From: an uncultured bacterium
GTDB taxonomy: Bacteria > Verrucomicrobiota > Verrucomicrobiia > Limisphaerales > UBA8199
NCBI GenBank assembly: GCA_963749495.1
Contig: CAVVMW010000023.1
Coordinates: 576,001 to 640,000 of the forward strand
DNA length: 64,000 nt
Direction: 5' to 3'
Shown: positions 17,205 through 26,665 of the stretch, one piece after another
How the letters are laid out: every line of letters begins with the position of its first letter
Position numbering within the stretch: position 1 is the stretch's first letter
Notes under the pieces: model-generated
Databases searched by the model: none
The model's input: the letters and a program-made list of their open reading frames with translations, nothing else
What the model was told of the DNA's origin: nothing
Position numbers and translations under genes: made by a program

Positions 17205-20000
17205 ATGGCTGAACTAACCCCAGAGCAGAAAGCTCGTGAGCGGATCGATGAGATGCTGGTCGCCTCCGGCTGGGCGGTTCAGGATTACAAAGCCTTTGAC
17301 CCGTCCGCCGCGCGCGGCATTGCATTGCGCGAGGTGCCGCTCAGATCGGGCCGCTGCGACTACCTGCTGCTGGTCGACCGGAAGCCTCTCGGCGTCGTCG
17401 AGGCCAAGAAAACCGGCACAACGCTCTCCAGCGTCGCCGACCAATCCGGCCACTACGGGGAAAACCTGCCGGATTTCATTCGCGCCCTTGCGCCGGGCCG
17501 CCTGGCGTTCCTTTACGAATCCACCGGCATCGAAACCTTCTTCCGCGATGAACGGGACCCCGCGCCGCGCTCGCGGCGGGTCTTCACATTCCACCGCCCG
17601 GAGACATTGGCGGCGTGCGCGGCTCAACCGGAAACGCTGCGCCGGCGGCTGGCGCAAATGCCGGCGGCGCACCCGCTGACAAGAACCGGCATGAGAGGCT
17701 GCCAATTTGAGGCCAACACGAAACTCGAGCGATCTTTTGCCGCCGACCGACCCCGCTCGCTTATCCAGATGGCCACCGGCGCGGGCAAAACCTACGCCGC
17801 GTGCGCCTTCACCTATCGCCTCATCAAATATGCCGGCGCACACCGTGTGCTTTTTCTGGTCGACCGCGCCAACCTCGGCCGCCAGGCCAAGGGCGAGTTT
17901 GATCAATTCGCTACGCCCGACACGGGCCGCAAGTTCACCGAGCTGTACAATGTCCAGCACCTCCGGTCCAACAAACTGGATCACGTCGCGCGTGTTACGA
18001 TCTGCACCATCCAACGGCTCTATTCCATGTTGCGCGGCGAGGAGATGGACGAGGACCTTGACGAGAAATCCGGTTTTGAATTGGCGGCGGCGGATGACCG
18101 CGAGCGCGAGGTTAAATACAACCCCGCCATTCCAATCGAGACTTTCGACTTCATCATCACCGATGAATGCCACCGCTCGATTTACAATCTTTGGCGACAG
18201 GTGCTCGAGTATTTCGACGCCCACCTCATCGGCCTCACCGCCACTCCTTCCAAGCAGACGATCGGCTTCTTTAACCAGAACCTCGTTATGGAGTACGGCC
18301 ACGAGCGAGCGGTGGCCGATGGCGTGAATGTCGGTTACGAGGTTTATCGCGTTCGCACCCAGGTTTCCGAGCAGGGCGGCAAGGTCGAGAAGGGGTTCTA
18401 CGTCGATAAACGGCACAAGGAAACCCGCGCCCGGCGCTGGGAGCAACTCGACGAAGACCTCACTTACGGCCCGCGGGACCTCGATCGCTCGGTTGTCGTG
18501 CCCTCGCAAATCCGCACCGTGTTGCAGGCATTCAAGGAGGCGCTTCACACCGTGCTTTTTCCCGGTCGCTCTCTGGTCCCCAAAACGCTCATTTTTTGCA
18601 AAGACGATTCGCACGCGGAGGATGTGGTCCATCTCGTTCGCGAGGTTTTTGGGCGCGGCAACGATTTTGCCAAGAAGATTACCTACCAGGCGAAGCACCC
18701 CGTCACCGGCAAGCCGGCTAACACCGAATCGCTGATCCAGGAATTCCGCACGTCGCCTCAATTGCGGGTTGCCGTCACCGTGGACATGATCGCCACGGGC
18801 ACAGACATCAAGCCGCTCGAGTGCCTCCTTTTCCTGCGGGACATCCGCAGCCGTGTCTATTTCGAGCAGATGAAGGGGCGCGGGACACGTGTGCTCACGC
18901 CTACCGACCTCCAGGCGGTCTCGGGCGGGGACGCCCGCGCCAAGACGCATTTCGTCGTGGTGGACGCGGTGGGCGTGTGCGAGAGCGACAAGACCGACTC
19001 ACGCCCGCTGGAGAAGAAGCCATCCGTGGCCTTCGACAAGCTCCTGCTGGGTGTGGCCCTTGGCAAACGCGACGAGGACACGCTGACGACGCTGGCGGGG
19101 CGCCTGGCACGGCTGGATCGCGAGATCACCGCGTCCCAACGCCAGCAAATCGGCAACCTTGCCGGGGAGAAAACGCTCGCCGAACTCTCCCGCGCACTGC
19201 TCGACGCCTGCGACCCAGAGGTGATTGCCGGGGAGGCTAAGGGGAAACCCGGCGCATCACCGGACGAAGTACCACCCGAAAAACTGGATGCCGCGCGGCG
19301 GGGCCTCGTCGCCGCCGCTTGCGCCCCGTTCGATCTGCCCGCCCTGCGCGAGGCGCTCGCCAAAGCCAAACAGAGCGCGGAGCAAACCATCGACACCGTT
19401 ACCGCCGATACCGTTATCTCGCAGGGCTTCGACGCCGCCGCCGGGGAAAAGGCCGCGAGCCTCCTGAAATCCTTCCGCGATTACATCGAGGAGCACAAGG
19501 CCGAGATCACCGCGCTGCAAATTCTCTACAGCCGCCCACACAAGCAACGGCTCACCGAGTCGATGCTCAAGGAATTGGAAACGAAGCTCCGGGAAAACCA
19601 TGCCGCGTGGACCGAGGACCGGCTTTGGGACGCTTGCGCCGCCGCCCAGCCCGGTCAGGTGGCAGGCCGTTCCCAGGTCGGTCGTTTCGCCGATCTTGTC
19701 GCCCTGGTGCGCTTCGCGTTGGAACAACAGCCCGTGCTCAAGCCATTTGCCGAATCGGTCCACGAACGCTTCGACGAATGGCTCATGGACAAGGCCAAGG
19801 CCGGGACCCTCTTTGTGCCCGAGCAACTCGCATGGCTAAACCTTATCCGCGACCACATTGCCACCAGCCTCAGCATCGAGGCGGAAGATTTCGATTATTC
19901 GCCCTTCAGCCAGCGCGGTGGCTTGGGCAGAGCGCATGAGGTTTTCGGAGAACAACTGCCGGGGCTACTGGAAGAACTCAATGGGGTGCTGATGGCATGA
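17205..20000 (+). CDS. hsdR: Type I restriction enzyme subunit R
   Basis: DYLL...VEAKK nuclease motif, MATGAGKT, DECH, TATP, QMKGRGTR; EcoEI-R-like C-terminus. Confidence 0.95.
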   Translation: MAELTPEQKARERIDEMLVASGWAVQDYKAFDPSAARGIALREVPLRSGRCDYLLLVDRKPLGVVEAKKTGTTLSSVADQSGHYGENLPDFIRALAPGRLAFLYESTGIETFFRDERDPAPRSRRVFTFHRPETLAACAAQPETLRRRLAQMPAAHPLTRTGMRGCQFEANTKLERSFAADRPRSLIQMATGAGKTYAACAFTYRLIKYAGAHRVLFLVDRANLGRQAKGEFDQFATPDTGRKFTELYNVQHLRSNKLDHVARVTICTIQRLYSMLRGEEMDEDLDEKSGFELAAADDREREVKYNPAIPIETFDFIITDECHRSIYNLWRQVLEYFDAHLIGLTATPSKQTIGFFNQNLVMEYGHERAVADGVNVGYEVYRVRTQVSEQGGKVEKGFYVDKRHKETRARRWEQLDEDLTYGPRDLDRSVVVPSQIRTVLQAFKEALHTVLFPGRSLVPKTLIFCKDDSHAEDVVHLVREVFGRGNDFAKKITYQAKHPVTGKPANTESLIQEFRTSPQLRVAVTVDMIATGTDIKPLECLLFLRDIRSRVYFEQMKGRGTRVLTPTDLQAVSGGDARAKTHFVVVDAVGVCESDKTDSRPLEKKPSVAFDKLLLGVALGKRDEDTLTTLAGRLARLDREITASQRQQIGNLAGEKTLAELSRALLDACDPEVIAGEAKGKPGASPDEVPPEKLDAARRGLVAAACAPFDLPALREALAKAKQSAEQTIDTVTADTVISQGFDAAAGEKAASLLKSFRDYIEEHKAEITALQILYSRPHKQRLTESMLKELETKLRENHAAWTEDRLWDACAAAQPGQVAGRSQVGRFADLVALVRFALEQQPVLKPFAESVHERFDEWLMDKAKAGTLFVPEQLAWLNLIRDHIATSLSIEAEDFDYSPFSQRGGLGRAHEVFGEQLPGLLEELNGVLMA

Positions 20001-21355
20001 ATTTCATCATTCGGTCTTTGGCCCAGGTCGTCCGACCACGCCGAGCGAAAGTTTCACCGTCGGAGCATCCTGCACTGTCTTACATCGGCCTTGAGCACAT
20101 CGAAGCACACACCACGCGTCTCCTTGGAACAGTCCCAGCGACAGAGATGCGGAGCACAGCAAACCACTTTCAACCCGGCAACGTACTGTATTCACGCCTG
20201 CGTCCTTACCTCAATAAAGTGTGGCGCGCAGACCGCGAAGGGCTTTGCTCGTCGGAGTTCATCGTGCTGCCGGCCAACGACCAAGTTGACTCGGATTTTC
20301 TGCGTTACCGGCTTAACGCGCACGATTTCGTTTCGTTCGCAACACATCTCAACGCGGGGGACCGGCCTCGCGTGGACTTCGACCAGATTTCCGTTTTTGA
20401 CATCCGGCTACCGAAGACTCTGTACGAACAGCGCCGCATCGTGGCGGAGATCGAAAGGCAACTCGCGCGACTCGAGGTGGGAATGGCGGCGTTGCGTCGG
20501 ACCCAAGCCAAGCTCAAACGCTACCGCGCCGCCGTCCTCAAAGCCGCATGCGAAGGCAAACTCGTTCCCACCGAGGCCGAACTGTGCCGCTCTCAACCCT
20601 CAACCAAAGACTCTCAGCCAACCTGCGAAACGGGCGAAGCCCTGTTGCGCCGGATTCTGGCCGAGCGGCGCGCCACGTGGCAGGGCCGCGGCAAATACAA
20701 AGAACCCGCCGCTCCCGACACCGCGAACCTGCCAGCGCTCCCCGAGCGCTGGACGTGGGCGCGACTGGAGCAGCTTGGCTTCACGTTTGGCGGACTGACC
20801 AAGAACCCAAAGCGGGCGAAGCTCGCGAGAAAACTTCCGTACCTCCGAGTCGCGAACGTTTACGCGAATGAGCTTCGGCTCGACAACATCGAGCAAATTG
20901 GCGTCGCATATCCTGAACTTGAAAAGCTCCTCGTTCACGCCGGTGACCTTCTCATCGTAGAGGGTAACGGGAGCAGAGGCCAAATCGGACGCTTGGCAAT
21001 CTGGGATGGCTCAATCGAACCGTGCGTTCACCAGAATCATGTTATCAAGGTCAGGCCAGTCGTTCCCGCGCTCGGGAAATGGACTCTGGACTGGTTGCTG
21101 TCGCCGGGTGGACGGCATTTTGTTGAATTGGTCGCAAGCTCGACATCTGGCCTCTACACGCTCAGTGTGAACAAAGTCGGCGACTTGGCCATTCCACTTC
21201 CCCCGCTCGACGAGCAGTCCCGGATCGTGGCGGAGGTGGAGCGGCGGTTGAGCGTGGTGGAGGAATTGGAGGCGGTGGTGAGCGCCAACCTGCAAAGGGC
21301 GGGTCGTTTGCGCCAATCCATTCTCCAGAAAGCGTTCGGTGGACAACTCGCATGA
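19997..21355 (+). CDS. hsdS: Type I restriction-modification specificity subunit
   Basis: Two TRDs each ending P...EQ.RIVAE(I/V)E; LRQSILQKAFGG tail; ATGA coupling to hsdR. Confidence 0.93.
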   Translation: MNFIIRSLAQVVRPRRAKVSPSEHPALSYIGLEHIEAHTTRLLGTVPATEMRSTANHFQPGNVLYSRLRPYLNKVWRADREGLCSSEFIVLPANDQVDSDFLRYRLNAHDFVSFATHLNAGDRPRVDFDQISVFDIRLPKTLYEQRRIVAEIERQLARLEVGMAALRRTQAKLKRYRAAVLKAACEGKLVPTEAELCRSQPSTKDSQPTCETGEALLRRILAERRATWQGRGKYKEPAAPDTANLPALPERWTWARLEQLGFTFGGLTKNPKRAKLARKLPYLRVANVYANELRLDNIEQIGVAYPELEKLLVHAGDLLIVEGNGSRGQIGRLAIWDGSIEPCVHQNHVIKVRPVVPALGKWTLDWLLSPGGRHFVELVASSTSGLYTLSVNKVGDLAIPLPPLDEQSRIVAEVERRLSVVEELEAVVSANLQRAGRLRQSILQKAFGGQLA

Positions 21356-21523
21356 ACCCGCCATTCATCCTTCATCCGTTTTTCTTCTGGGTTGGCCCGG
21401 CTGCCCCAGGCAGTCCGTGTTGCAGAGGGCCTTTAGCGGCCAGTTGTGAATGGCATTTACTCTGATCAATCAAAGTGGCACATTGTGCCAGGACAACGAT
21501 CCCGCGAACCGAAGGATCAAAAA

Positions 21524-22468
21524 ATGAAACTGCTGGAAAGGACATTTGAATTACGCGGCCCGGAGGGGCTGGGCGCAAAGCCGCGGCCGGAATTGATCGG
21601 CCCGGTGCTTGGCCGGGTGCATGACACTTTGCTGGACGCGGTGCGCATGGGTTTCCTACGTTCCAGCCGTGCCTTGGGGCGAGTTCCACTATGCTTGCAG
21701 CGAGCGGCGGACGTGCGATTTATCGGGCATGCGGCAGGACAGAATGACTCGACGATTCTCCGCTTTGAGGTGCCTGAGTTTGGTAGTGTAGCTGAAGAGT
21801 TGTTTGAACAAGGCCAACTCTGGAATTCCGGGCCGAAGCCGGAACAGACGGCGTTTGACCTGCTTACAGCTTCGTTGCGCGACGTGCGACAAATGGCAAG
21901 GAACAGCGAGCGTTTTGATCATGCGTTGCTGCGACGGTTTGCTGGTTACCGGCATTTGCTCCGGCGCGGGCTAAGTTCCATCGCGTTGCCGGACGCCAAT
22001 GCGTCCGAGATGGAGAGCATTGACGAACCGTTGAGCGCCGCCGCGGAAAGTTTGTTCCGGGAGACCCCGCCTGCCCGTCGAGTGCGCGTGTGTGGACGAC
22101 TGGATTTGCTCGCTGTCAGCAAGCGCGTCTTGGGCCTTTATCTCGAGGACGGGGCACCCGTGAGGGCAGTCTGGACGATTGAAGGCTTCGTCGATCTGGC
22201 AGACTTTCTGGACAAGCAGGTGGTGATTGAAGGTCTGGCCGAATTTCGCCCCTCGGGAACGCTGCTCCGTGTGGACGCGGATGCCATTCGAGACGCTGGC
22301 GCGGGGGACGCGTCCTTCTCGACCCTTCCGCTGCCGGAAGTCCATAGCGATTATCCGAAGGCAGCAGCAGTTCGGCCGGGCCAGAAGCCTTATGCTGCAA
22401 TTTTTGGCCTGATCCCCGGGGAAGAACCTGACGAGGAGTTTGCGGCTGCCGTGGCTGAACTGAGTTGA
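21524..22468 (+). CDS. Hypothetical 314-aa protein, probable antitoxin/partner of the PIN gene
   Basis: Intact ORF coupled (TGATG) to the PIN gene; acidic tail GLIPGEEPDEEFAAAVAELS. Confidence 0.75.
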   Translation: MKLLERTFELRGPEGLGAKPRPELIGPVLGRVHDTLLDAVRMGFLRSSRALGRVPLCLQRAADVRFIGHAAGQNDSTILRFEVPEFGSVAEELFEQGQLWNSGPKPEQTAFDLLTASLRDVRQMARNSERFDHALLRRFAGYRHLLRRGLSSIALPDANASEMESIDEPLSAAAESLFRETPPARRVRVCGRLDLLAVSKRVLGLYLEDGAPVRAVWTIEGFVDLADFLDKQVVIEGLAEFRPSGTLLRVDADAIRDAGAGDASFSTLPLPEVHSDYPKAAAVRPGQKPYAAIFGLIPGEEPDEEFAAAVAELS

Positions 22469-22926
22469 TGCTGCCCACCACAAGCTATCTTCTCGACACT
22501 GGCATCCTTCTGCATTGGGTTCGCGGCAGCAAGGTGGCAACGGTCATTGACGAGCAGTTCCAGCTACGTGAGGCACATTTCCGCCCGCTGATTTGCGAGG
22601 TTAGCCTCGGGGAAATCGAAGCGTTTGCGCGCAGCGCAAATTGGGGAGAGCAGAAACGAAGCAAGCTCAAAGAACTTAAGAAGGAACTCATCGCAGTGGA
22701 TATTTCCGATTCGCGCGTGATTGAGGCTTACGCGGATTTGAGTTCACTCGCGAAGGCAAATGGTTGGGGGATTTTCCGGGCGAAGAATGATCTTTGGGTA
22801 GGCGCGGCAACGCGGGTTACGGGAGCGACGTTGTTGACTGCGGACAAGGATTTTCTGCCCCTACGCGATGAAAGGCACCTCGACGTTATCTTTTTGGACG
22901 CGATGACGGGTTGGAAACTTTCCTGA
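22468..22926 (+). CDS. PIN-domain (VapC-like) ribonuclease
   Basis: YLLDTGI, SLGEI, KNDLWVGA and LLTADKDF motifs. Confidence 0.9.
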   Translation: MLPTTSYLLDTGILLHWVRGSKVATVIDEQFQLREAHFRPLICEVSLGEIEAFARSANWGEQKRSKLKELKKELIAVDISDSRVIEAYADLSSLAKANGWGIFRAKNDLWVGAATRVTGATLLTADKDFLPLRDERHLDVIFLDAMTGWKLS

Positions 22927-22929
22927 GCG

Positions 22930-24450
22930 ATGAGCAACCCCGCCCAACTCGTTCACAAGCTTTGGAATTATTGCAGCATCCTCCGCGATGACGGCCTTGG
23001 CTACGGCGATTACGTGGAGCAGTTGACATATCTCCTGTTCCTCAAGATGGCCGATGAGCAGAGCCGCCCGCCATTCAATAAACCCGCCGCTGTGCCCAAA
23101 GATTACGGCTGGCCGAGCCTTCTGGCCAGGGATGGGGATGATCTGGAGACACATTACCGCCATGTGCTCGAAACCCTCGGCAAGCGGCCCGGCATGCTGG
23201 GCGTCATCTTCCGCAAGGCGCAGAACAAAATCCAGGACCCGGCCAAGCTGCGCCGGCTCATCGTGGACCTGATCGACAAGGAACAGTGGTCCAGCCTCTC
23301 CGCCGACGTGAAGGGTGACGCCTACGAGGGCCTTCTGCAAAAGAACGCGGAGGACGTGAAGGGCGGCGCGGGCCAGTACTTCACGGCGCGTCCGTTAATT
23401 GCGGCGGTGGTGGACGTGATGGCGCCCCGGCCTGGCCAAACGATGTGCGATCCGGCTGGGGGCACGGGCGGTTTCGTGCTGGCCACGCACAACTACATCG
23501 CTGGCCATTACGCGCTGGACCGCGCGCAGAAGAAGCTGCTCAAGAGCGGAACACTGTTCGTGGTGGAGTTGGTGGACAGCGTTGCCCGGCTCTGCTGCAT
23601 GAACCTGCTCCTGCACGGCATTGGGGGCGACGGCACTGCTGAGGTGCCGGTGTTAGTCCGGGACGCGCTGGCCGGAAAGCACGGCGAATATGACCTGGTG
23701 ATGACGAATCCGCCCTTTGGCAAAAAGAGCAGCGTCACAATAGTCAACGAAGCCGGCGAGCAGGAGAAGGAATCGCTCGTGATCAACCGAGACGATTTTT
23801 GGGCCAGCAGCAGCAACAAGCAACTCAACTTCCTCCAGCATGTTTTCACCATTCTCAAGCAGCATGGCCGGGCAGCGGTGGTGCTGCCGGACAACGTGCT
23901 TTTCGAGGGCGGCGCCGGCGAGACTGTCCGCCGCGCCCTGCTGAAACAGGCGGACGTGCATACACTGCTGCGCCTGCCGACCGGCATCTTTTACGCCCAG
24001 GGCGTGAAGGCGAACGTGTTGTTTTTCGACCGCAAACCGGCCCAGGAAACGCCGTGGACGCAAAAGCTGTGGATTTACGACCTGCGGACAAACATGCACT
24101 TCACCCTCAAGGAGAATCCGCTCAAGCGCAGCAACCTCGACGATTTCGTGGCGTCCTACAATCCGAAGAACCGCCACGAGCGGAAGGAGAAGGAACGATT
24201 CAAGAGCTTCGCGTATGGCAACCTGCTCAAGCGCGACAAAGTGAACCTCGACATTTTCTGGCTCAAGGATGAGTCGTTGGAGGAATCTGCAAACCTTCCC
24301 GCGCCGGGCGTTATCGCCGCCGAGATCACGGAAGATTTGGAGGCCGCGCTCGAGCAGTTTGCAACCATTGCCCAGGACATGAGGAAGCCGGGGCATGGGC
24401 CGGAGGGCAGGGGCGACGGACGGAGCGGAGGGGCCGGGGATGGGCAATAG
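22930..24450 (+). CDS. hsdM: Type I restriction-modification methyltransferase subunit M
   Basis: LRDDG..YGDYVEQLTYLLFLKM, GQYFT, DPAGGTGGF and TNPPFG. Confidence 0.95.
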   Translation: MSNPAQLVHKLWNYCSILRDDGLGYGDYVEQLTYLLFLKMADEQSRPPFNKPAAVPKDYGWPSLLARDGDDLETHYRHVLETLGKRPGMLGVIFRKAQNKIQDPAKLRRLIVDLIDKEQWSSLSADVKGDAYEGLLQKNAEDVKGGAGQYFTARPLIAAVVDVMAPRPGQTMCDPAGGTGGFVLATHNYIAGHYALDRAQKKLLKSGTLFVVELVDSVARLCCMNLLLHGIGGDGTAEVPVLVRDALAGKHGEYDLVMTNPPFGKKSSVTIVNEAGEQEKESLVINRDDFWASSSNKQLNFLQHVFTILKQHGRAAVVLPDNVLFEGGAGETVRRALLKQADVHTLLRLPTGIFYAQGVKANVLFFDRKPAQETPWTQKLWIYDLRTNMHFTLKENPLKRSNLDDFVASYNPKNRHERKEKERFKSFAYGNLLKRDKVNLDIFWLKDESLEESANLPAPGVIAAEITEDLEAALEQFATIAQDMRKPGHGPEGRGDGRSGGAGDGQ

Positions 24451-24514
24451 CCGAGAGCGGGTGGCTTGCCCCCTTTTTCCGCGGCTCATTCTGCTCCGGC
24501 TCCCGAAACCGATT

Positions 24515-24908
24515 GGCGTCATGTCTTGTCATTTGGACAATCGGTCCTGGATTGCGGCTATTTCTTCTCGCAGGCGGCGGTCGGGTTCGAGGCGCCGGCC
24601 AAAGCGCGCGAGGGCTTTGCTCACTACGGCGTAGTCCAAACCGCCAGCTAACTCAAACCCATAACCGGGCCAGCGGCTGGCGCCAGACCCGGGCCAGCGG
24701 CGGGCGGTAGCCGGCGTAACCGGCAGACGAAAAAATGGAAATGGTCTGCGTCATCACGGAAGATGTCCTGGCGTTCATTGCCGCGGGCGGTGCCGTGATA
24801 CCGCCCGCCCGTCCGTTCGGTGCGCAACGCGCGTGCCATGGGCCAATGGAATCATCCCGGAATCCCGGCGTCAGGTGCCAATTGTCCAAATGGCAAGACA
24901 TGACCGCA
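24515..24908 (-). mobile_element. Internally deleted non-autonomous copy of the TIR-flanked Y1 transposase element
   Basis: Inverted ends GTCATGTCTTGTCATTTGGACAAT / ATTGTCCAAATGGCAAGACATGAC; keeps MARALRTER... N-terminus and decayed ...IQDRLSK C-terminus. Confidence 0.8.
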
Positions 24909-25005
24909 ATGGTCTTACGGCCTGACCCCAATGGTCTTACGGCCCGCCCCATCCTCCCAGAGCCACCGTGTGGTCGGACCGCGGTCCTGTTACAGCCACT
25001 GTCCA

Positions 25006-25420
25006 TTACCTGACGCCTACAGCCTCTTTCACCCACGCCGGAAAGTGTATGGAGTGAGCGCCAAAATACTCCACCTGAAGCTTGGCCAGAAATGTGACGA
25101 GCAACAATGCCACCACCGGCCAAACAAGCACGGAGTTGGCTTTGTGCAGCCGGCGGCCAACGACGAGGGCTCTTGTCTTTACTTCCGGCACGTCCTCCAC
25201 GATGCGCAACTGGTGAACATGCGCCCATGCCCAAATGCCAATCGAGTGGTACGCGATGTATAGCAGGGTCGCAGGGCACACGTGAATCCCAACGAGGGGA
25301 AGCTTCGCCCTAAGAAAAACAGGCAGCAACGTAAAAACCGCCAACCAAAACACCTTTGCGCCCAGCACTCCAGTATAATGTTGTTTAAGATCGGCTTCCA
25401 AAGCCTCGCTGGCTCCGCGC
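25006..25420 (-). CDS. Putative membrane protein or fragment, start uncertain
   Basis: About three hydrophobic segments in the distal part of ORF 25006..25722. Confidence 0.4.
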
Positions 25421-25541
25421 GCCGAGCGGATGCATGCCGACGGTACCCCAGCCTCTGATGCCCCAAGGACGGAAGCGCCGAACTTCCCTGGGGCGCTGCT
25501 TGGCGTTCGGTCGTCCAGCCGCGGCGAAAGCGAACTCGGCG

Positions 25542-26003
25542 CTATGGGAGCAGCGTCGGAAGGAGCCCCGAGAGGCCGTCGGCGCATGTCGCTCTTCTCG
25601 CTTCTTCGAACAGCGGCAGCCTCTCCTTGATGGACCGGAGCGACTCCAGGCGAGCCTTGAGATCGTTCGAGGAGTCCTCGATTTCGGCCAGGAAGCAGCC
25701 GAATGTTTCCTCTGGCTCCCATCGCGCGCCGTATTCGGCGGCAATTCTTCGAGAGTCGAACAGGTGCTGGAGTAACTCCTTGTTGTAGTCATTCCAGCGC
25801 CTGTAGTCGGACCACAACGTATCGTGATCCCTCTCGTGCTTTTGCGAGGGTTTTCCCTCATAGCCCGCCTCGCGACGAACCTCCTCCCGCAGTTTATCGA
25901 GGCGTGCCAGAAGTCCCTCGCCCGAACCGATTCGCCCCGAAATCTTCTCGTCGGCTTCTTTGCGAGATACCCGCAAGCTGCAGAGTCCGCTGGTTCCGGC
26001 CAT
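25542..26003 (-). CDS. Helical protein resembling the N-terminal domain of TIR-like nucleotide-binding proteins
   Basis: SRKEADEKISGRI...WNDYNKELLQHLF...AEY...LESLRSIKERLPL pattern (recalled similarity, not searched). Confidence 0.5.
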   Translation of the reverse strand: MAGTSGLCSLRVSRKEADEKISGRIGSGEGLLARLDKLREEVRREAGYEGKPSQKHERDHDTLWSDYRRWNDYNKELLQHLFDSRRIAAEYGARWEPEETFGCFLAEIEDSSNDLKARLESLRSIKERLPLFEEARRATCADGLSGLLPTLLP

Positions 26004-26630
26004 GTGGTCCTTTATAGGGTCTCGGCCTCCTCCCTTTGCTCCCCCAATCGAGGCAAAGGGCGTTTCGGATCGATCAAATGGGCCACCCAATTGGCGGCGC
26101 GCAGGTCAAATCGCAGTCCCATAAGCGGCTTGGTGATTGCCTCTTGCACTTTAAACCTCGAAGGTCTGGGAATCAATAGTTTTTGAGCCCCATGAGTAAG
26201 GCCTCAGCCGCGGCGGGAGCGGCACCGGAAGGGCGTCGCCCAACGCGAAGCGTTTCGGACTGCGGCAGTCCCTTCTCATCTTTCCCGCCAAAAAACTCGA
26301 CTAGCCTGGATTTCCACGGAACACAATTCGCCTAACAACGGTGGCTGGATGGAGCGGACCTCTCGCTCGGCCCGCACGCGCCCGTTGTAGCCCTGATTTT
26401 GAGGTAAACGCGCGGGTTTTGGCATCTCTCTCGGCACTTCCATCGCGGGGATTTGCCTCCACATTAGTTAATAAATGGGTTATCTGATAAATGATGATGC
26501 GGTATTCTAACATTAAGTAACCGACGGATGTCACAAGAACTGCCTGCCGTCTAGAAAGCCCAATTATGCCGCATTTCGCGCAATAATTGCCAGGATTCTT
26601 CCCACCGCCCGTTGTGTGGCCAATCCTCCC

Positions 26631-26659
26631 TTGACACCATATCTTGTATGTGATATCTT
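26631..26659 (+). promoter_or_regulatory. Sigma70-like promoter of the IS transposase
   Basis: TTGACA-N17-TATCTT with an extended TG, just before GTG 26666. Confidence 0.55.
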
Positions 26660-26665
26660 CAGTGC

